Numbered from the stretch's first letter, positions 43,928 through 55,347 are shown. The stretch is 64,000 bases of DNA from an uncultured Gemmatimonadaceae bacterium (GCA_963829055.1 CAWHHI010000020.1:320001-384000), one strand, 5' to 3'. Notes: generated by a model from the sequence alone, not told the origin. Made by a program: numbers and translations.

Positions 43928-44986
43928 TCAGTATCCGGCGACTTCGATGACAGCGTCGGCAAAGGCCTTCGGTGCCTCCTGCGGCAGATTGTGGCCGACG
44001 CCCTTGATGATCCGGTGGGTTCGCTTGCCCGTGAACTTGCTGGCGTACGATGAACCGTCTGTGGCAGGGGCGACACCATCGGAATCGCCATCGAGCGTGA
44101 TCGTGGGCACGCCAATCGCCGGGCCTAACGCCAGCTTCTTTTCGAGCTCGGCGTATTGCGGCTCGCCGTCGGCCAGGCTCAGACGCCAGCGGTAGTTGTG
44201 GATCACGATGCTGATGTAATCCGGGTTGTCGAACGACGCCGCGGCGCGATCGAACGCGGCGTCACTGAAGTTCCACTTCGGTGAGTTCGCCTTCCAGATG
44301 AGATTCGCGAATTCGCGCCGGTTCGCGTCGTACCCCGCGCGGCCGCGTTCCGTCGCGAAGTAGAACTGGTACCACCATCCGTGCTCGACCTTCGGCGGCA
44401 ACGGCAGCTTGTTGCGCTCGAGGTTGTTGATCAGGTACCCGTTCACCGACACCATGGCCTTGCACCGCTCCGGCCAGAGCGCCGCGATGATGTTGGCGGT
44501 TCGCGCTCCCCAATCATAGCCGGCCAGGATCGGCTTCTCGATCCGGAGCGCATCCATGAACGCGATGATGTCGAGTGCGACGGCGGCCTGCTGCGCATTT
44601 CTGAAGGTGGCGTCTGAAAGAAAACGCGTGGTGCCGTGCCCGCGCAGATGCGGCACGATCACGCGGAAGCCGGCTGAGGCGAGCAGAGGCGCGACATCGA
44701 CGAAGCTGTGGATGTCGTACGGCCAGCCGTGCAGCAGCATCACCACGGGACCGTTCGCCGGTCCGGATTCGGCGTATCCGACGTTCAGCACCCCGGCGTC
44801 GATCTGCTTGAGCGGCCCGAACGACGTGTTCGTTTCTGACTTCATCGGCGGAAGGCGCGCGGGCAACGTCTCACTGGCGTCGGCGTCGCCAGCGCTGAAC
44901 ATGCCGAGTCCCGCACCGGCGATGGTCATGGCCGCGGTGCCTAACAGGCGACGGCGGTCGTGATCGACGTGCTCATTGATATTCAC
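43928..44986 (-). CDS. Alpha/beta hydrolase (epoxide hydrolase-like) with twin-arginine-like leader
   Basis: DRRRLLG; LLHGWPYD; AGYDWGART; GHNLPQEAP. Confidence 0.9.
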   Translation of the reverse strand: MNINEHVDHDRRRLLGTAAMTIAGAGLGMFSAGDADASETLPARLPPMKSETNTSFGPLKQIDAGVLNVGYAESGPANGPVVMLLHGWPYDIHSFVDVAPLLASAGFRVIVPHLRGHGTTRFLSDATFRNAQQAAVALDIIAFMDALRIEKPILAGYDWGARTANIIAALWPERCKAMVSVNGYLINNLERNKLPLPPKVEHGWWYQFYFATERGRAGYDANRREFANLIWKANSPKWNFSDAAFDRAAASFDNPDYISIVIHNYRWRLSLADGEPQYAELEKKLALGPAIGVPTITLDGDSDGVAPATDGSSYASKFTGKRTHRIIKGVGHNLPQEAPKAFADAVIEVAGY

Positions 44987-45021
44987 CGTGCCTCCATGTC
45001 CCGTTCACGTTGTGCATTCTG

Positions 45022-45258
45022 TTAGGCAGCGCCGTCGGCCGGAGCGAGCACGGCACGGGCTGCGTCGAGCGCGTCTGCCGGCACGCGCACGGTCGCGCCG
45101 CGGGCGGTCGCACCCAGGAACCCAGGGCCAAAGATGCCGACCGTGTCATTGCTGTCGCGCACCGCGCGGATGCCTGCCGCTTCCAGCTGGGCTACCGCGA
45201 GATCCGCCTCGAATCCCGACGAGAACGTAACCACATCGACCCACCCGCTTGCTGTCAT
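45022..45258 (-). CDS. DUF2007-like small protein
   Basis: FEADLAVAQLEAAGI...VRVPADALDAARAVL. Confidence 0.75.
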   Translation of the reverse strand: MTASGWVDVVTFSSGFEADLAVAQLEAAGIRAVRDSNDTVGIFGPGFLGATARGATVRVPADALDAARAVLAPADGAA

Positions 45259-45417
45259 GGCCTCTCCCCCGTGGTTGCTTCGTGCCCCTTACCGTGAGAT
45301 GACACGTGAGATGACAATGCGGCATTCCAGGGCGGACGTCGATCATCCTTTGGTGTCGGTCTGCGGCCAGCATGGGCGACTGAGCGCTCCATGGATGCCT
45401 AACGCCACGAGATGGGC

Positions 45418-45470
45418 CGATACCATCGTGTAATGGAGCCGCCGCCACGATCGGGGCATCTGTGTATCGC
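45418..45470 (+). promoter_or_regulatory. Conserved 17-bp box plus downstream 13-bp element
   Basis: CGATACCATCGTGTAAT (45418-45434), 23 nt, ATCTGTGTATCGC (45458-45470); same pair and spacing at 55151-55099 on the minus strand. Confidence 0.75.
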
Positions 45471-45589
45471 ATTCCAGTGCACCAACGCGCGATGACAGAG
45501 TGAGCATCCGAGTTCTCGTCGCTCACGAGCGAAGGCTCGCGGGCGCGAGCCGGACCGGGCGCCCACGCACCGAGAGGGAGTACACCACC

Positions 45590-46423
45590 ATGACCAGCAG
45601 CCGCATCGTCCGAGTCTCGCTCGCCGCCCTGACCGCCGCTGGGCTCTCCAGTGTCCTCGGCGCCCAATCCACGTTCGCCGGGATCGCGCCGCCGAGCGTG
45701 GCGGCTGAACGCGAAAGCGCCGGCGCGAGGCATGTCGCCCGGCCAACCATCGTCCTCGTCCACGGCGCGTTCGCCGACGGAACAGGATGGCAGCACGTGA
45801 TCCCGATCCTCGAGCGCGATGGCTACACCGTCATCGCGGTCCAGAATGCGCTCGCCTCGCTCGCCGGCGACGTGGAGACGACCAAGCGGGTGATCGACGC
45901 TCAGCAGGGCCCGGTAGTCGCCGTCGGCCACTCGTACGGAGGTGCGGTGATCACCGGCGCTGCGGCCGGAAACGCGAACGTGAAGGCACTCGTGTACATC
46001 GCCGCCTTCGCGCCCGAAGCCAACGAGCCCGTCGGCGCGTACAACGAGAAGTATCCGTCCGCCCTCGGCTCGGCGCTCAAGCCGGACGCGGCCGGGTTCC
46101 TCTACATCGACCGGGCGAAGTTCCGCGATCTTTTCGCAAGGGACGTGTCGGTGACGGAAGCGAGCGTGATGGCGGCGGCGCAGAAACCGGTGATCGGTAC
46201 GGCATTCGCCGCGTCCGTCCGCCAGGCGGCATGGAAGACCATACCGTCATGGTACGTGGTCGCGCAGGAAGACCGGGCCATCAATCCCGAGCTCGAGCGA
46301 TTCTACGCCAAGCGGATGGGCGCGAAGACCACCGAGATCAAGTCGAGTCACGTACCCTTCATCTCACACCCCGCGGAGATTGCGCGGCTGATCGAACAGG
46401 CGGCGAGTGCCGCGGTGAAATAG
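45590..46423 (+). CDS. Secreted alpha/beta hydrolase (Abhydrolase_6 type)
   Basis: Signal peptide; VLVHGAFADG, VGHSYGG, QEDRAI, SSHVPF. Confidence 0.9.
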   Translation: MTSSRIVRVSLAALTAAGLSSVLGAQSTFAGIAPPSVAAERESAGARHVARPTIVLVHGAFADGTGWQHVIPILERDGYTVIAVQNALASLAGDVETTKRVIDAQQGPVVAVGHSYGGAVITGAAAGNANVKALVYIAAFAPEANEPVGAYNEKYPSALGSALKPDAAGFLYIDRAKFRDLFARDVSVTEASVMAAAQKPVIGTAFAASVRQAAWKTIPSWYVVAQEDRAINPELERFYAKRMGAKTTEIKSSHVPFISHPAEIARLIEQAASAAVK

Positions 46424-46512
46424 CGCGTCCGATCCTGGTGGGCGCACACGAGCGGAGCGGTGGGCCGGCGCAACGCGGTCCGCCGCCCGGCATGATCGAT
46501 GGGAGGAACGAT

Positions 46513-47049
46513 ATGAACGAGCAGGAAGGAAGGGCTCGCTCGGCAGTCGCCAGCGAGCGGAAGACTGAGGTGGCCGTGCTCGCTGGCGGCTGCTTCTGGG
46601 GCGTCGAGGAGATCCTGCGCGATGTGCCCGGCGTGATCGACACCGACGTCGGGTACACCGGCGGGTGGCTGGAGAATCCGACGTACCACGACACGCACGA
46701 CAGCAAGTCGGGCCACGCCGAGTCCATTCGCGTGACGTTCGACCCGTCGGTGCTCAGCTACGAAGACCTGCTCGAGCAGTGGTTCTTCAAGCTGCACGAC
46801 CCGACGACGCTCAACCGGCAGGGCAACGACATCGGGACGCAATACCGCTCAGCGATTTTCCCGCAGACGCCGGAGCAGAAAGCCACGGCAGAGCGGGTGA
46901 TTGCCCGTGTGCAGGCGTCGGGCAAATGGAAGCGGCCGATCACGACGAGCATCGAGCCCGCGTCCACGTGGTACAGCGCGGAGGGGTATCACCAGGACTA
47001 CCTGCGCAAGAATCCCGGCGGGTACACCTGCCACTTCATGCGCGACTAG
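46513..47049 (+). CDS. msrA: Peptide methionine sulfoxide reductase A
   Basis: GGAGG SD; AGGCFWGVE, HDPTTLNRQGND, QYRSAI, AEGYHQDY..GYTCH. Confidence 0.95.
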   Translation: MNEQEGRARSAVASERKTEVAVLAGGCFWGVEEILRDVPGVIDTDVGYTGGWLENPTYHDTHDSKSGHAESIRVTFDPSVLSYEDLLEQWFFKLHDPTTLNRQGNDIGTQYRSAIFPQTPEQKATAERVIARVQASGKWKRPITTSIEPASTWYSAEGYHQDYLRKNPGGYTCHFMRD

Positions 47050-47284
47050 TCTAGAACACGCACGCCGCACGGGGGCCCTACGGCGCGCGTGAATTGCAAG
47101 CGAACGGCGCCGGCCGGTACTCCGCGACGCAGGTCGCTCTCCACTCGCAGACCTCGCAGCGAAACTGCACAGCAACGGCATTTCTTTCTGCGTTTTCTGC
47201 GCATGGCCGCGCAGCGCTCTCGCGTTCTGCGTTCCGAGTCGCACACCCGCGAGTGACAGGCGACATGTACTCGCAGGTTCCACA

Positions 47285-48377
47285 CTACCCGAACGTGAAC
47301 ACGAAGGCCTCCGCGCCCGCATCGAGGAACTCGATCGTGAACTGTCGATCGGCGATCGGCTTCGGGTGGCGAATCAGCTGATACAACCGCTGTTCGACCA
47401 CCGTGCCATTGCCCTGGTCATCGACGTCGACGCCGTGCGCTGCGCCCGGAGCCTGTCCATCGACCAGCACCCGAAACCGAACCGGTACGCCCCGCACCGC
47501 AGGGCCCATGACCAGATTGAGGTCGCGAGCGTGGAAGCAGTAGGTGATCTTCCCGTTAGGCGTGTTGAGCGCCGCAGCGCCCTGGCTCACCGTCCAGTCA
47601 CCGGAGAGGGCCCACTGATTGAGTCGCAATCGCGGTGGACCGGCATACACGTGGCGCTCGTCCACCGCGGCGCCGCCAGGTGACGCGAAGTTCTCGGCTC
47701 GTCCGTAGCCGACATAGTTCTCGGCAGACTTGAGGCTGCCCCAATCGGCCGCAACTTCAGCGCCTTGGGGCACGACGGAAACGAGCTCGGAACCCGAAGC
47801 CGCGCGCCCCGGCGTCCTTCAGCAGCCGCTGAATGTTGCGCTCTGATTGATCGTACGCCTCTTCGCCGAAGTGCTGGTAGCGGATTCGCCCATCACCGTC
47901 GAGCAGATAGAGCGCGGGCCAATAGTTGTTGTCGAACGCGCGCCAGATGGAGAAGTCGTTGTCGACCGCGATCGGATAGTCGACCCGCATCTCCTTTGCC
48001 GATCGGCGAATGTTCTCGAGGTCGTGCTCGAACGGGAACTCGGGCGAGTGCACGCCGATCACGACGAGTCCATGCGCTTTGTACTTCTCGGCCCACGCGC
48101 GGACGTACGGAAGGGTGCGCAGCCAGTTGACGCAGGTGTAGGTCCAGACGTCGATGAGGACGACCTTTCCACGGAGGTCACCGGCTGTGAGCGGTGGCGA
48201 GTTGAGCCACGCGGTCGCCGTCCGAAGAGAGGCCAACTGACCTTCACCGGCCAGGTGAGGCAGCGGATGTGTCATGGTTCGCCTGAGAGGATTGTAGAGG
48301 CCCAGCCGCGCACCGGCGACGGCCATCGCTCCGGCGCCTAACAAGCGGCGGCGGTCGTGGTCGATGAAGTCTGACAT
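47285..48377 (-). CDS. DipZ-like thioredoxin with C-terminal beta-sandwich domain; frameshift near 47780
   Basis: DRRRLLG leader; WLNSPPL..KVVLIDVWTYTCVNWLRT..GVHSPEF..NNYWPA; FHARDLNLVMG..RLYQL..FTFG. Confidence 0.9.
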
Positions 48378-48409
48378 GGTATCTCCAGGGTGTCCTGAAC
48401 TTCGCCGCA

Positions 48410-49629
48410 CTACGGTCGCAGCGACCTGAACGCGGCCCGGATCTCCTGAGCGAAGAGCTGCGGCTGCTCCCACGCCGCGAAGTGACCGCCCTTATCGACC
48501 TCGTGCCAGTAGATGAGCCTGGGAAAGGTCTTCTCGCCCCAGCTTCGTGGCGCGCGGTAGATCTCGCCGGGGAACACCGTCACCGCGACCGGCACTTTCG
48601 TATTCTCGAAGGCGTTGAACGGCCCGCCTCCGCCCTGCGCAGCGTCCCAGTAGGACCGCGACGAGGACGTGCCGGTGTTCGTCAGCCAGTAGAGCGTGAC
48701 GTCGTCGAGCATCTCATCGCGCGTGAACACTTTCTCCGGCTCGCGACCACTATCCGTCCACTCCGCGAACTTGTCGTAGTAGAACGCGAGCATGCCGACC
48801 GGCGAATCCGCGAGACTGTAGCCGATGGTCTGCGGGCGCGTGTTCATCATCTCGGCGTAGCCGAACCCCTTCCGGTAGAAGTACTCGAGCCCCGCGAACG
48901 CCGTCTTCTCCGCGTCAGAGAGGTTCGCGGGTGCCGGCTTGCGGTTGCGAATGAGCTCCAGCACGCTGGGCGGCACGGTGCCAGGCATGTTGATGTGGAT
49001 GCCTAACAAGCCTTCCGGCGCCTGCACCGCCATTATCTCCGAGATGATCGCGCCCCAGTCGCCGCCCTGCGATACGTATTGCGTGTATCCAAGGCGCTGC
49101 ATCAGCTCGTGCCACGCCTGGGCGACATGGGCCGGACCCCAGTTAGCGTCTTTTGGCTTGCCCGAGAAGCCGTAGCCCGGATACGTGGGCAGCACGAGGT
49201 CGAACGCGTCTTCCGCACGCCCGCCATACGCGGTCGGATCAGTCAGCGGACCAATCACCTTGAGCAGCTCGAGCGGCGAGCCCGGCCAGCCGTGCGTCAT
49301 GAGCAGCGGCATCGCCTTCGGGTGGCGAGATTTCACGTGGATGAACTGAATGTCCAGGCCGTCGATCGTCGTCACGAACTGCGGCAGCGCATTGAGCTTC
49401 GTCTCCGCCTTCCGCCAGTCGTAGTTCGTCCCCCAGTACTTCGCGAGCGCCTCGATCTTCGCCAGTTGCGCTCCCTGCGAGTGATCGGAGACGTTCTCTC
49501 GCTCGGGCCACCGGGTGGCCGCAATGCGTCGCTTGAGGTCGACGAGCGCCGCATCGGGGACGCTGATGCGGAACGGGCGGATGGTCTTGTCACTGGCCGC
49601 GGAGCGCGGCGCGTCGCGAGTTGCGTCAA
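48410..49629 (-). CDS. Epoxide hydrolase (EHN + alpha/beta), paralog 1, no signal peptide; start uncertain
   Basis: IRPFRI..TRWP, HGWPGS, QGGDWG, DSPVG, GGHFAAWEQP; probable GGAG-TTG start at 49629 with an indel just after. Confidence 0.9.
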
Positions 49630-49729
49630 GGTCGACTCCGTGCGTGATGACGGTTTGGCCTGAGGCTCGAGGCGTGCGCCCTGGGCTAAACGCACGGAGG
49701 CAAACTTGCCGGACGCGGATGGCAGTGCC

Positions 49730-49746
49730 ATTGCACGATGGTATCG
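49730..49746 (-). promoter_or_regulatory. Conserved 17-bp box upstream of epoxide hydrolase 1
   Basis: Minus strand CGATACCATCGTGCAAT. Confidence 0.75.
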
Positions 49747-50013
49747 ACCACCGGCGAGGCGCGTTAGGCAGTATGCTACCGCCGGCGTGCGACACGCGGG
49801 AGCTGCTGGGGCGCCGCCACCCGCCCGCGAGCGGCTCGTCCTCGAGCCCGCGTGCCGTCGATGTCGGCCGGATGCCGCCGCTCGGTGGGGCGACCCACAG
49901 CCGCCCGGCCTCACGTGCGGCTCGCCTTCCCGGATCAATACCAAGGTATGATGGACGCTCAGTGCGCGACCGGGACATCATTCCGCAGCGGGCAATGTCG
50001 CCCAGGGAGCCTC

Positions 50014-52514
50014 ATGGAGAACGAAATCGCCCGCTTCGTCGATGCGCTTCCAGGATCGGTCTTCACGGCACCCCCTGACGGACGTTTCGACCTCGTCAGA
50101 TCGGTTCTCGACGACCTTCCGGTGCTCAGTGCGGTCATGGACGCATCCGGTCGGCTCGAATTCGCCAATCGCCAGCTCCTGGCGTACTTCGGGAAATCGC
50201 TCGAGGAGCTGAAGGATTGGGGAAGTGCGGGCATCATTCATCCGGATGACCTTCCGGGCGTATGCGAGGCGTGGGAGTCGAGCGCTCCAGAGCGGCACGC
50301 CGTTGGACATCGAGTATCGCAATCGCTGCGCCGATGGCGTCTACCGGTGGTTCCAGACACGCGGGTCGCCCATCCGGGACGCGGAAGGGCGCATCGTCCT
50401 CTGGCACATCGTTCCGTTGGACATCGACGACCGGAAACGGGCCGAGACCGAGCTCGCCGGCGAGAAACAACTCCTGGAGATGATCGCGTCGGGGCGTCCG
50501 CTTCCGGACGTGCTCGACGCGTTATGCAAGTTCTTCGAAACGGCGGCCACCGGCTGTTTGTGCGGCGTCTACCCTATCGACTGGAGCGGTCCGACGTTCC
50601 AGAACGCGGCGGCACCATCGCTCCCCGCCAGCTACATCGCCCCGATGGAGGGCCTGCCTGTGCGTCTGGACGTCGCCCCGTGTGGGGTAGCAGCCCAGAC
50701 GAGGACGCAGGTGATCGTCGAGGACATTCGAGTCGGACTCGCGCTGGCGCGACTCGTCGTATCGGGCCCACGTATTGGGGCATGCCCTGAGATCGGTGTG
50801 GAGCACGCCAATCTCCTCACTCGATGGCCGCGTCCTCGGCACGTTCTGCATCTACCGACGCACGCCGGCGACGCCGTCCTCGCATCAGCAGGAGCTCATC
50901 GCACAGGTCACACACATCGCGAGCATCGCCCTCGACCGCGAGCGAAAGGAGGCGGAGCTCAAGCGGAGCGAAGCGTTCCTGGCGCAGGCCCAACGGCTGA
51001 CATTCACGGGTAGCCTCTGGTGGAAGACATCGACCGGCGAGATTACCTGGTCGGAGGAGAGCTACCGGCTCCTGGAGTACCCCGTCACCGTGACGCCGAC
51101 GGTAGAGTTGATTCTGAGGCGGTGTCACCCGGAGGACCTGCCGCTGGTGCAGGAGAAAGTCGCGTCAGCCGTCCGTGATGGCGTCAACACGGACTTCGAG
51201 CATCGACTCGTCATGCCTAACGGCGCTGTCAAGCACATACACATTGTCATGCAGAACGTCGGGTTCGATTCCGGCGCCCCCGAGTTCGTGGGGGCTGTCA
51301 CCGACATCACGGAGTGGAAGCTGGCGCAGGAGAAGCTGCGCCAGAGCGAGACGTATCTGGCCGAAGCGCAGAAGTTGAGTCTCACGGGCAGCATCGGGTG
51401 GCGTGTTGCCGACGACCAACATTTCTGGTCCGACGAGACGTACCGCATCTTCGGCTACCACCCGTCCACGCTCATATCGTTTCCCCTGATTCTCCAGCGC
51501 GTGCATCCCGAGGATCTCGAGCTGGTGCAGCAAGCGCTGGCCGAGGCGCAGGATGGCAGGGACTTCGACTACGAATATCGGCTGCTCATGCCGGATGGCT
51601 CGGTCAAGCACCTCCATCTCGTCGCGCACGGGATGCGGGACCAGAACGGTCGGCTGGAATACATTGGGGCCGTTCAGGACGTCACCCAGCAGCGGCGCTC
51701 GGAAGAAGCACTCGGCGAGCTCCGGTCGGAGCTCGCGCACGTCTCCAGAGTGACGAGCCTCGGGACGCTGACCGCGTCGATCGCGCACGAAGTCAGTCAG
51801 CCGCTCTCGGGGATCATCACGAACGCGAGCACGTGCCTTCGGATGCTGGCGAGCGAGCCGCCTAACGTCGACGGCGCGCGCGAGACGGCGCGGCGGACGA
51901 TCCGCGACGGCCATCGCGCGTCGGAAGTGATCACACGATTGCGCGCGCTCTTCGCGAGAAAGACCCCCACGATGGAGCCCGTAGAGCTGAACGAGGCGAC
52001 GCGAGAGGTGATGGCGCTGTCGCGGAGCGAGCTGCAGCGAAGCCGGACGACGATCCGTATGGAACTGGCCGAAGACCTTCCGCTCGTGATGGGGGATCGC
52101 GTCCAGCTGCAGCAGGTCATCATGAACCTGCTCCGAAACGCGTCGGAGGCGATGAGCGAGGTCGACGATCGGCCACGGGAGATCGTGATCAGGACGGCGC
52201 GCGACGAGGACGATCGAGTCGTCGTGAGCGTGCAGGACGCGGGATCTGGTTTCGAGCCGCACAGCGCGGAGAAGATGTTCGACGCGTTCTATACGACGAA
52301 GCAGCATGGGATGGGCATCGGACTTTCCGTGAGCCGATCGATCATCGAGAGCCATCGTGGCCGCCTGTGGGCAGTCCCTAACGATGGCCCTGGCGTCACG
52401 TTCTCGTTTTCGATCCCTCGAAGCCTGGAGGAAGAGGGGGTCGAAGCGCATGAACATGGTGATTTCTCGACGTCGCTCGTCGCGCCTGACGTGCCCGCGC
52501 TGGGCACCGTATGA
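50014..52514 (+). CDS. Cytoplasmic multi-PAS/GAF histidine kinase (NodV/NwsA-like); frameshifts near 50280 and 50730
   Basis: PAS_3 repeats, GAF, H-box SIAHEVSQPL, QVIMNLLRNA, FYTTK..GMGIGLS. Confidence 0.9.
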
Positions 52515-52885
52515 CGACAAGTCGTTCGCTCGTGTCGGTCGTCGATGACGACGAATCAGTGCGCGAGTCCCTGCCCGACCTGTTGCGGGAATTCGGGTTC
52601 GCCGCCCGGGCGTTCGCGTCCGCGGAGGAGTTCCTCGCATCCGATTGTGTCGCTCATACCAACTGCCTGATCCTCGACATCGCGATGCCGGGCATGGGCG
52701 GGCCTGCGCTGCAGCGCGAGCTGTCACGCCGTCAGTGGGCCATTCCCATCGTCTTCATCACCGCCAACCGGGACGACAGCATTCGTCCTCGGCTGCTCGA
52801 GGCCGGCGCGGTGGACTGTCTGTTCAAGCCGTTCAGCGAAACGGCGCTACTGGAGGCGCTCAGTGTTGCTCTTCGGAGCAACTGA
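52511..52885 (+). CDS. Single-domain response regulator
   Basis: ATGA overlap with the kinase; VVDDDESVRES..LDIAMPG..FKPF. Confidence 0.9.
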   Translation: MTTSRSLVSVVDDDESVRESLPDLLREFGFAARAFASAEEFLASDCVAHTNCLILDIAMPGMGGPALQRELSRRQWAIPIVFITANRDDSIRPRLLEAGAVDCLFKPFSETALLEALSVALRSN

Positions 52886-52920
52886 GCGACGGACCCCATG
52901 GTTGACCGCGGTGCACACGC

Positions 52921-53583
52921 ATGAGCTCAGCGACCTTGCCTAACGTCTCGACGAAACCGACCGACGCTCACCCCACACCGATCGTGTTCGTCGTCGACGA
53001 CGATGTGTCGGTACGCGAGTCGTTGGAGCTGTTGATTCACTCCGCCGGCTGGTCCCCGGAGACGTTCCCGTCCGCGGCGGCATTCCTGGCGAGGCCTCGT
53101 GTCGACGTTCCGAGTTGCCTGGTGCTCGACGTCTCGCTCCCCGACCTCAACGGCCTCGAGCTTCAGACGCGCATTGCCGACGATCGGTTCGAGCTGCCCA
53201 TCATCTTCATCACGGGGTACGGCGATGTGCCGATGACCGTCCGCGCGATGAAGGCCGGCGCCGTCGAGTTCCTGACGAAGCCCTTCAACGACGACGTGCT
53301 GTTGGGCGCCATCGCGGGTGCGCTCGAGCGGAGCAGCGCCGCACTCGGTCACGAGGCGGCGGTACGCGACGTCCGGGAGCGATACGCCTCCCTCAGCCGC
53401 CGCGAGCGGGAAGTGATGGCACGTGTGGTCTCGGGGATGCTCAACAAACAGATCGCCGGTGAGCTTCAGATCAGCGAGATCACCGTGAAGGCGCACCGTG
53501 GCAAGGTGATGCGAAAGATGAAGGCCGACTCGGTTGCCGACCTGGTGACCATCGCGGCGAGGCTCAAGATCCGTCATTCGTGA
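52921..53583 (+). CDS. FixJ/NodW-family response regulator
   Basis: VVDDDVSVRESL..LDVSLP..FLTKPF..LSRREREV..LNKQIA..TVKAHRG. Confidence 0.95.
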   Translation: MSSATLPNVSTKPTDAHPTPIVFVVDDDVSVRESLELLIHSAGWSPETFPSAAAFLARPRVDVPSCLVLDVSLPDLNGLELQTRIADDRFELPIIFITGYGDVPMTVRAMKAGAVEFLTKPFNDDVLLGAIAGALERSSAALGHEAAVRDVRERYASLSRREREVMARVVSGMLNKQIAGELQISEITVKAHRGKVMRKMKADSVADLVTIAARLKIRHS

Positions 53584-53620
53584 CGGAGAAGTCGCGATCG
53601 TCATCGCCTAACGTGGGAAA

Positions 53621-53661
53621 CGCAGGAAAGCCGGAGGGCTCAGCCCTCCGGCTTTCCTGCG
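53621..53661. terminator. Long hairpin between convergent genes
   Basis: 20-bp perfect inverted repeat CGCAGGAAAGCCGGAGGGCT / AGCCCTCCGGCTTTCCTGCG. Confidence 0.8.
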
Positions 53662-53672
53662 CGCCAGTCACG

Positions 53673-55040
53673 CTAGGTCCGCAGTGATGTGCGCAATGAG
53701 CTGAAGCCCTTGCGCATCTCGCCAACGAAGAGCTCCGGCTGCTCCCACGCCGCGAAGTGCCCGCCTTTCGGGAGCTTGTTGAAGTAAATCAGCTTGGGAT
53801 ACGCGCGTTCGGCCCAACTCTTTGGAGCTGCGTAGATCTCGTCCGGAAAGACAGTCACGACAACGGGGATCTGGACGTGCCTTGGGTCGAAGAAGCCGCC
53901 CTTTGCCGTTTGTGTATCGTCCCAATATAGGCGCGCCGACGAGACCGCCGTGTTTGTCAGCCAGTACATCGTGATGTTGTCGAGAATGTCGTCTCGCGTT
54001 AGGCCCTCGGGCTTGCCGTCAAAGACGCGCGCTATCAGCGCGTAACTGCGCGCGTCGTGGTCGAGTATCCACGCCGCCAGGCCGACGGGTGAATCCGCGA
54101 TCGCGTAGAGTGTCTGCGGCCGGAGCGACATCTCCTGCGCGTACGCCAGGCCCTTCAAATAGAACACGGCGAGCTGATCCCACGCGTTGCGTTCGTCGGC
54201 CGACAGGGTGGGTGGCGGCGGGCTTCCCCCAAAGATTGCCTTGCTGATCTCGGGCGGAACCGTCGCCGGCATGTTGGTGGAGATGCCGAGCAGCTCAGGA
54301 GGTGCCAGCAGACCCATCTTCTCCGAGACGGCGTTGCCCCAATCGCCACCCTGCGCCACGAACTTCGTGTATCCGAGGCGCTTCATCAGAGTCGTCCACG
54401 CACGTGCGACGCGTGCCGGGTCCCACCCGGGAGCGGTTGGCTTGCCCGAAAATCCATGGCCCGGCAGCGACGGGATCACCACATCGAACGCATCCTCGGC
54501 TTTCCCACCATGGGCAACCGGGTCGGTCAGTGGGGCGATGACCTTCATCTGCTCGATGAACGAGCCCGGCCATCCATGCGTGATGATGATCGGCATCGCA
54601 TTCTTTTCCTTGGACTTCACGTGAATGAAGTGAATGTCCAGGCCATCGATGTTGGTGATGAAGTTCGGAACCGCATTGATCTTCGCCTCGGCCTTGCGCC
54701 AGTCGTGCTCCGTGGCCCAGTAGCTCGCGAGCTTCTGCGTCGTCGCGAACTGGACACCCTGCGATGCATCGCTGACCGTTTCTTTCTCGGGCCATTTCGT
54801 TGCCTTGATGCGTCGGCGCAGATCGACCACGTCGGCTTCAGGAATACTCACACGAAATGGGCGAATGTCGGTCGTACCAGTGCCTGTCTGTGCTGCAACA
54901 TCAGTCGGAGTCGCAGTCGTTGCTCCAGTCATAGCGTCCAACCTCCTGGGAAAAGCGAGCAGACCCAGCTGGTTCGCGGCAACGGTTGCGGCCGCAGCAC
55001 CAAGAAAGCGTCGGCGATCGAGATCGTGCATTGTGGTCAC
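53673..55040 (-). CDS. Epoxide hydrolase paralog 2 with Tat leader
   Basis: DRRRFLG; HGWPGS, QGGDWG, GGHFAAWEQP. Confidence 0.95.
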   Translation of the reverse strand: MTTMHDLDRRRFLGAAAATVAANQLGLLAFPRRLDAMTGATTATPTDVAAQTGTGTTDIRPFRVSIPEADVVDLRRRIKATKWPEKETVSDASQGVQFATTQKLASYWATEHDWRKAEAKINAVPNFITNIDGLDIHFIHVKSKEKNAMPIIITHGWPGSFIEQMKVIAPLTDPVAHGGKAEDAFDVVIPSLPGHGFSGKPTAPGWDPARVARAWTTLMKRLGYTKFVAQGGDWGNAVSEKMGLLAPPELLGISTNMPATVPPEISKAIFGGSPPPPTLSADERNAWDQLAVFYLKGLAYAQEMSLRPQTLYAIADSPVGLAAWILDHDARSYALIARVFDGKPEGLTRDDILDNITMYWLTNTAVSSARLYWDDTQTAKGGFFDPRHVQIPVVVTVFPDEIYAAPKSWAERAYPKLIYFNKLPKGGHFAAWEQPELFVGEMRKGFSSLRTSLRT

Positions 55041-55134
55041 CTCTATGCGCGGCTCCGCGTGACCGGCTATCGGTCTCGCATGTCCGATTCAAACGGACGC
55101 GATACACAGATACGCCCAGCCTGGCAGCGCTTCT

Positions 55135-55151
55135 ATTACACGATGGTATCG
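55135..55151 (-). promoter_or_regulatory. Conserved 17-bp box upstream of epoxide hydrolase 2
   Basis: Minus strand CGATACCATCGTGTAAT. Confidence 0.75.
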
Positions 55152-55198
55152 ATAACACCTGGTGGAACGAGTTGAAGATGTTGAGAGCGGGCGATTCT

Positions 55199-55282
55199 GG
55201 CCCGTAGCCAGAATTGGCAAATGCGCTCCGCCTCTCGCCTGTCACGGGAGGTCTGCCCTTTGCCAATTCTGGCTATAGGGCC
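55199..55282. repeat. Short inverted-repeat (MITE-like) element
   Basis: TAGCCAGAATTGGCAAA (55205-55221) / TTTGCCAATTCTGGCTA (55259-55275), with GGCCC/GGGCC ends. Confidence 0.65.
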
Positions 55283-55347
55283 TGCCTCGCCCGCTCTCAA
55301 CATCTAACGCGCAATCCACCAGGTATTGCCTAACGCTGGTGGTGTGA

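Noticed and set aside
45787..47049. 420-aa MsrA with a long N-terminal extension
   Set aside because: The extension is an off-frame overlap of the upstream hydrolase; a GGAGG SD supports ATG 46513.
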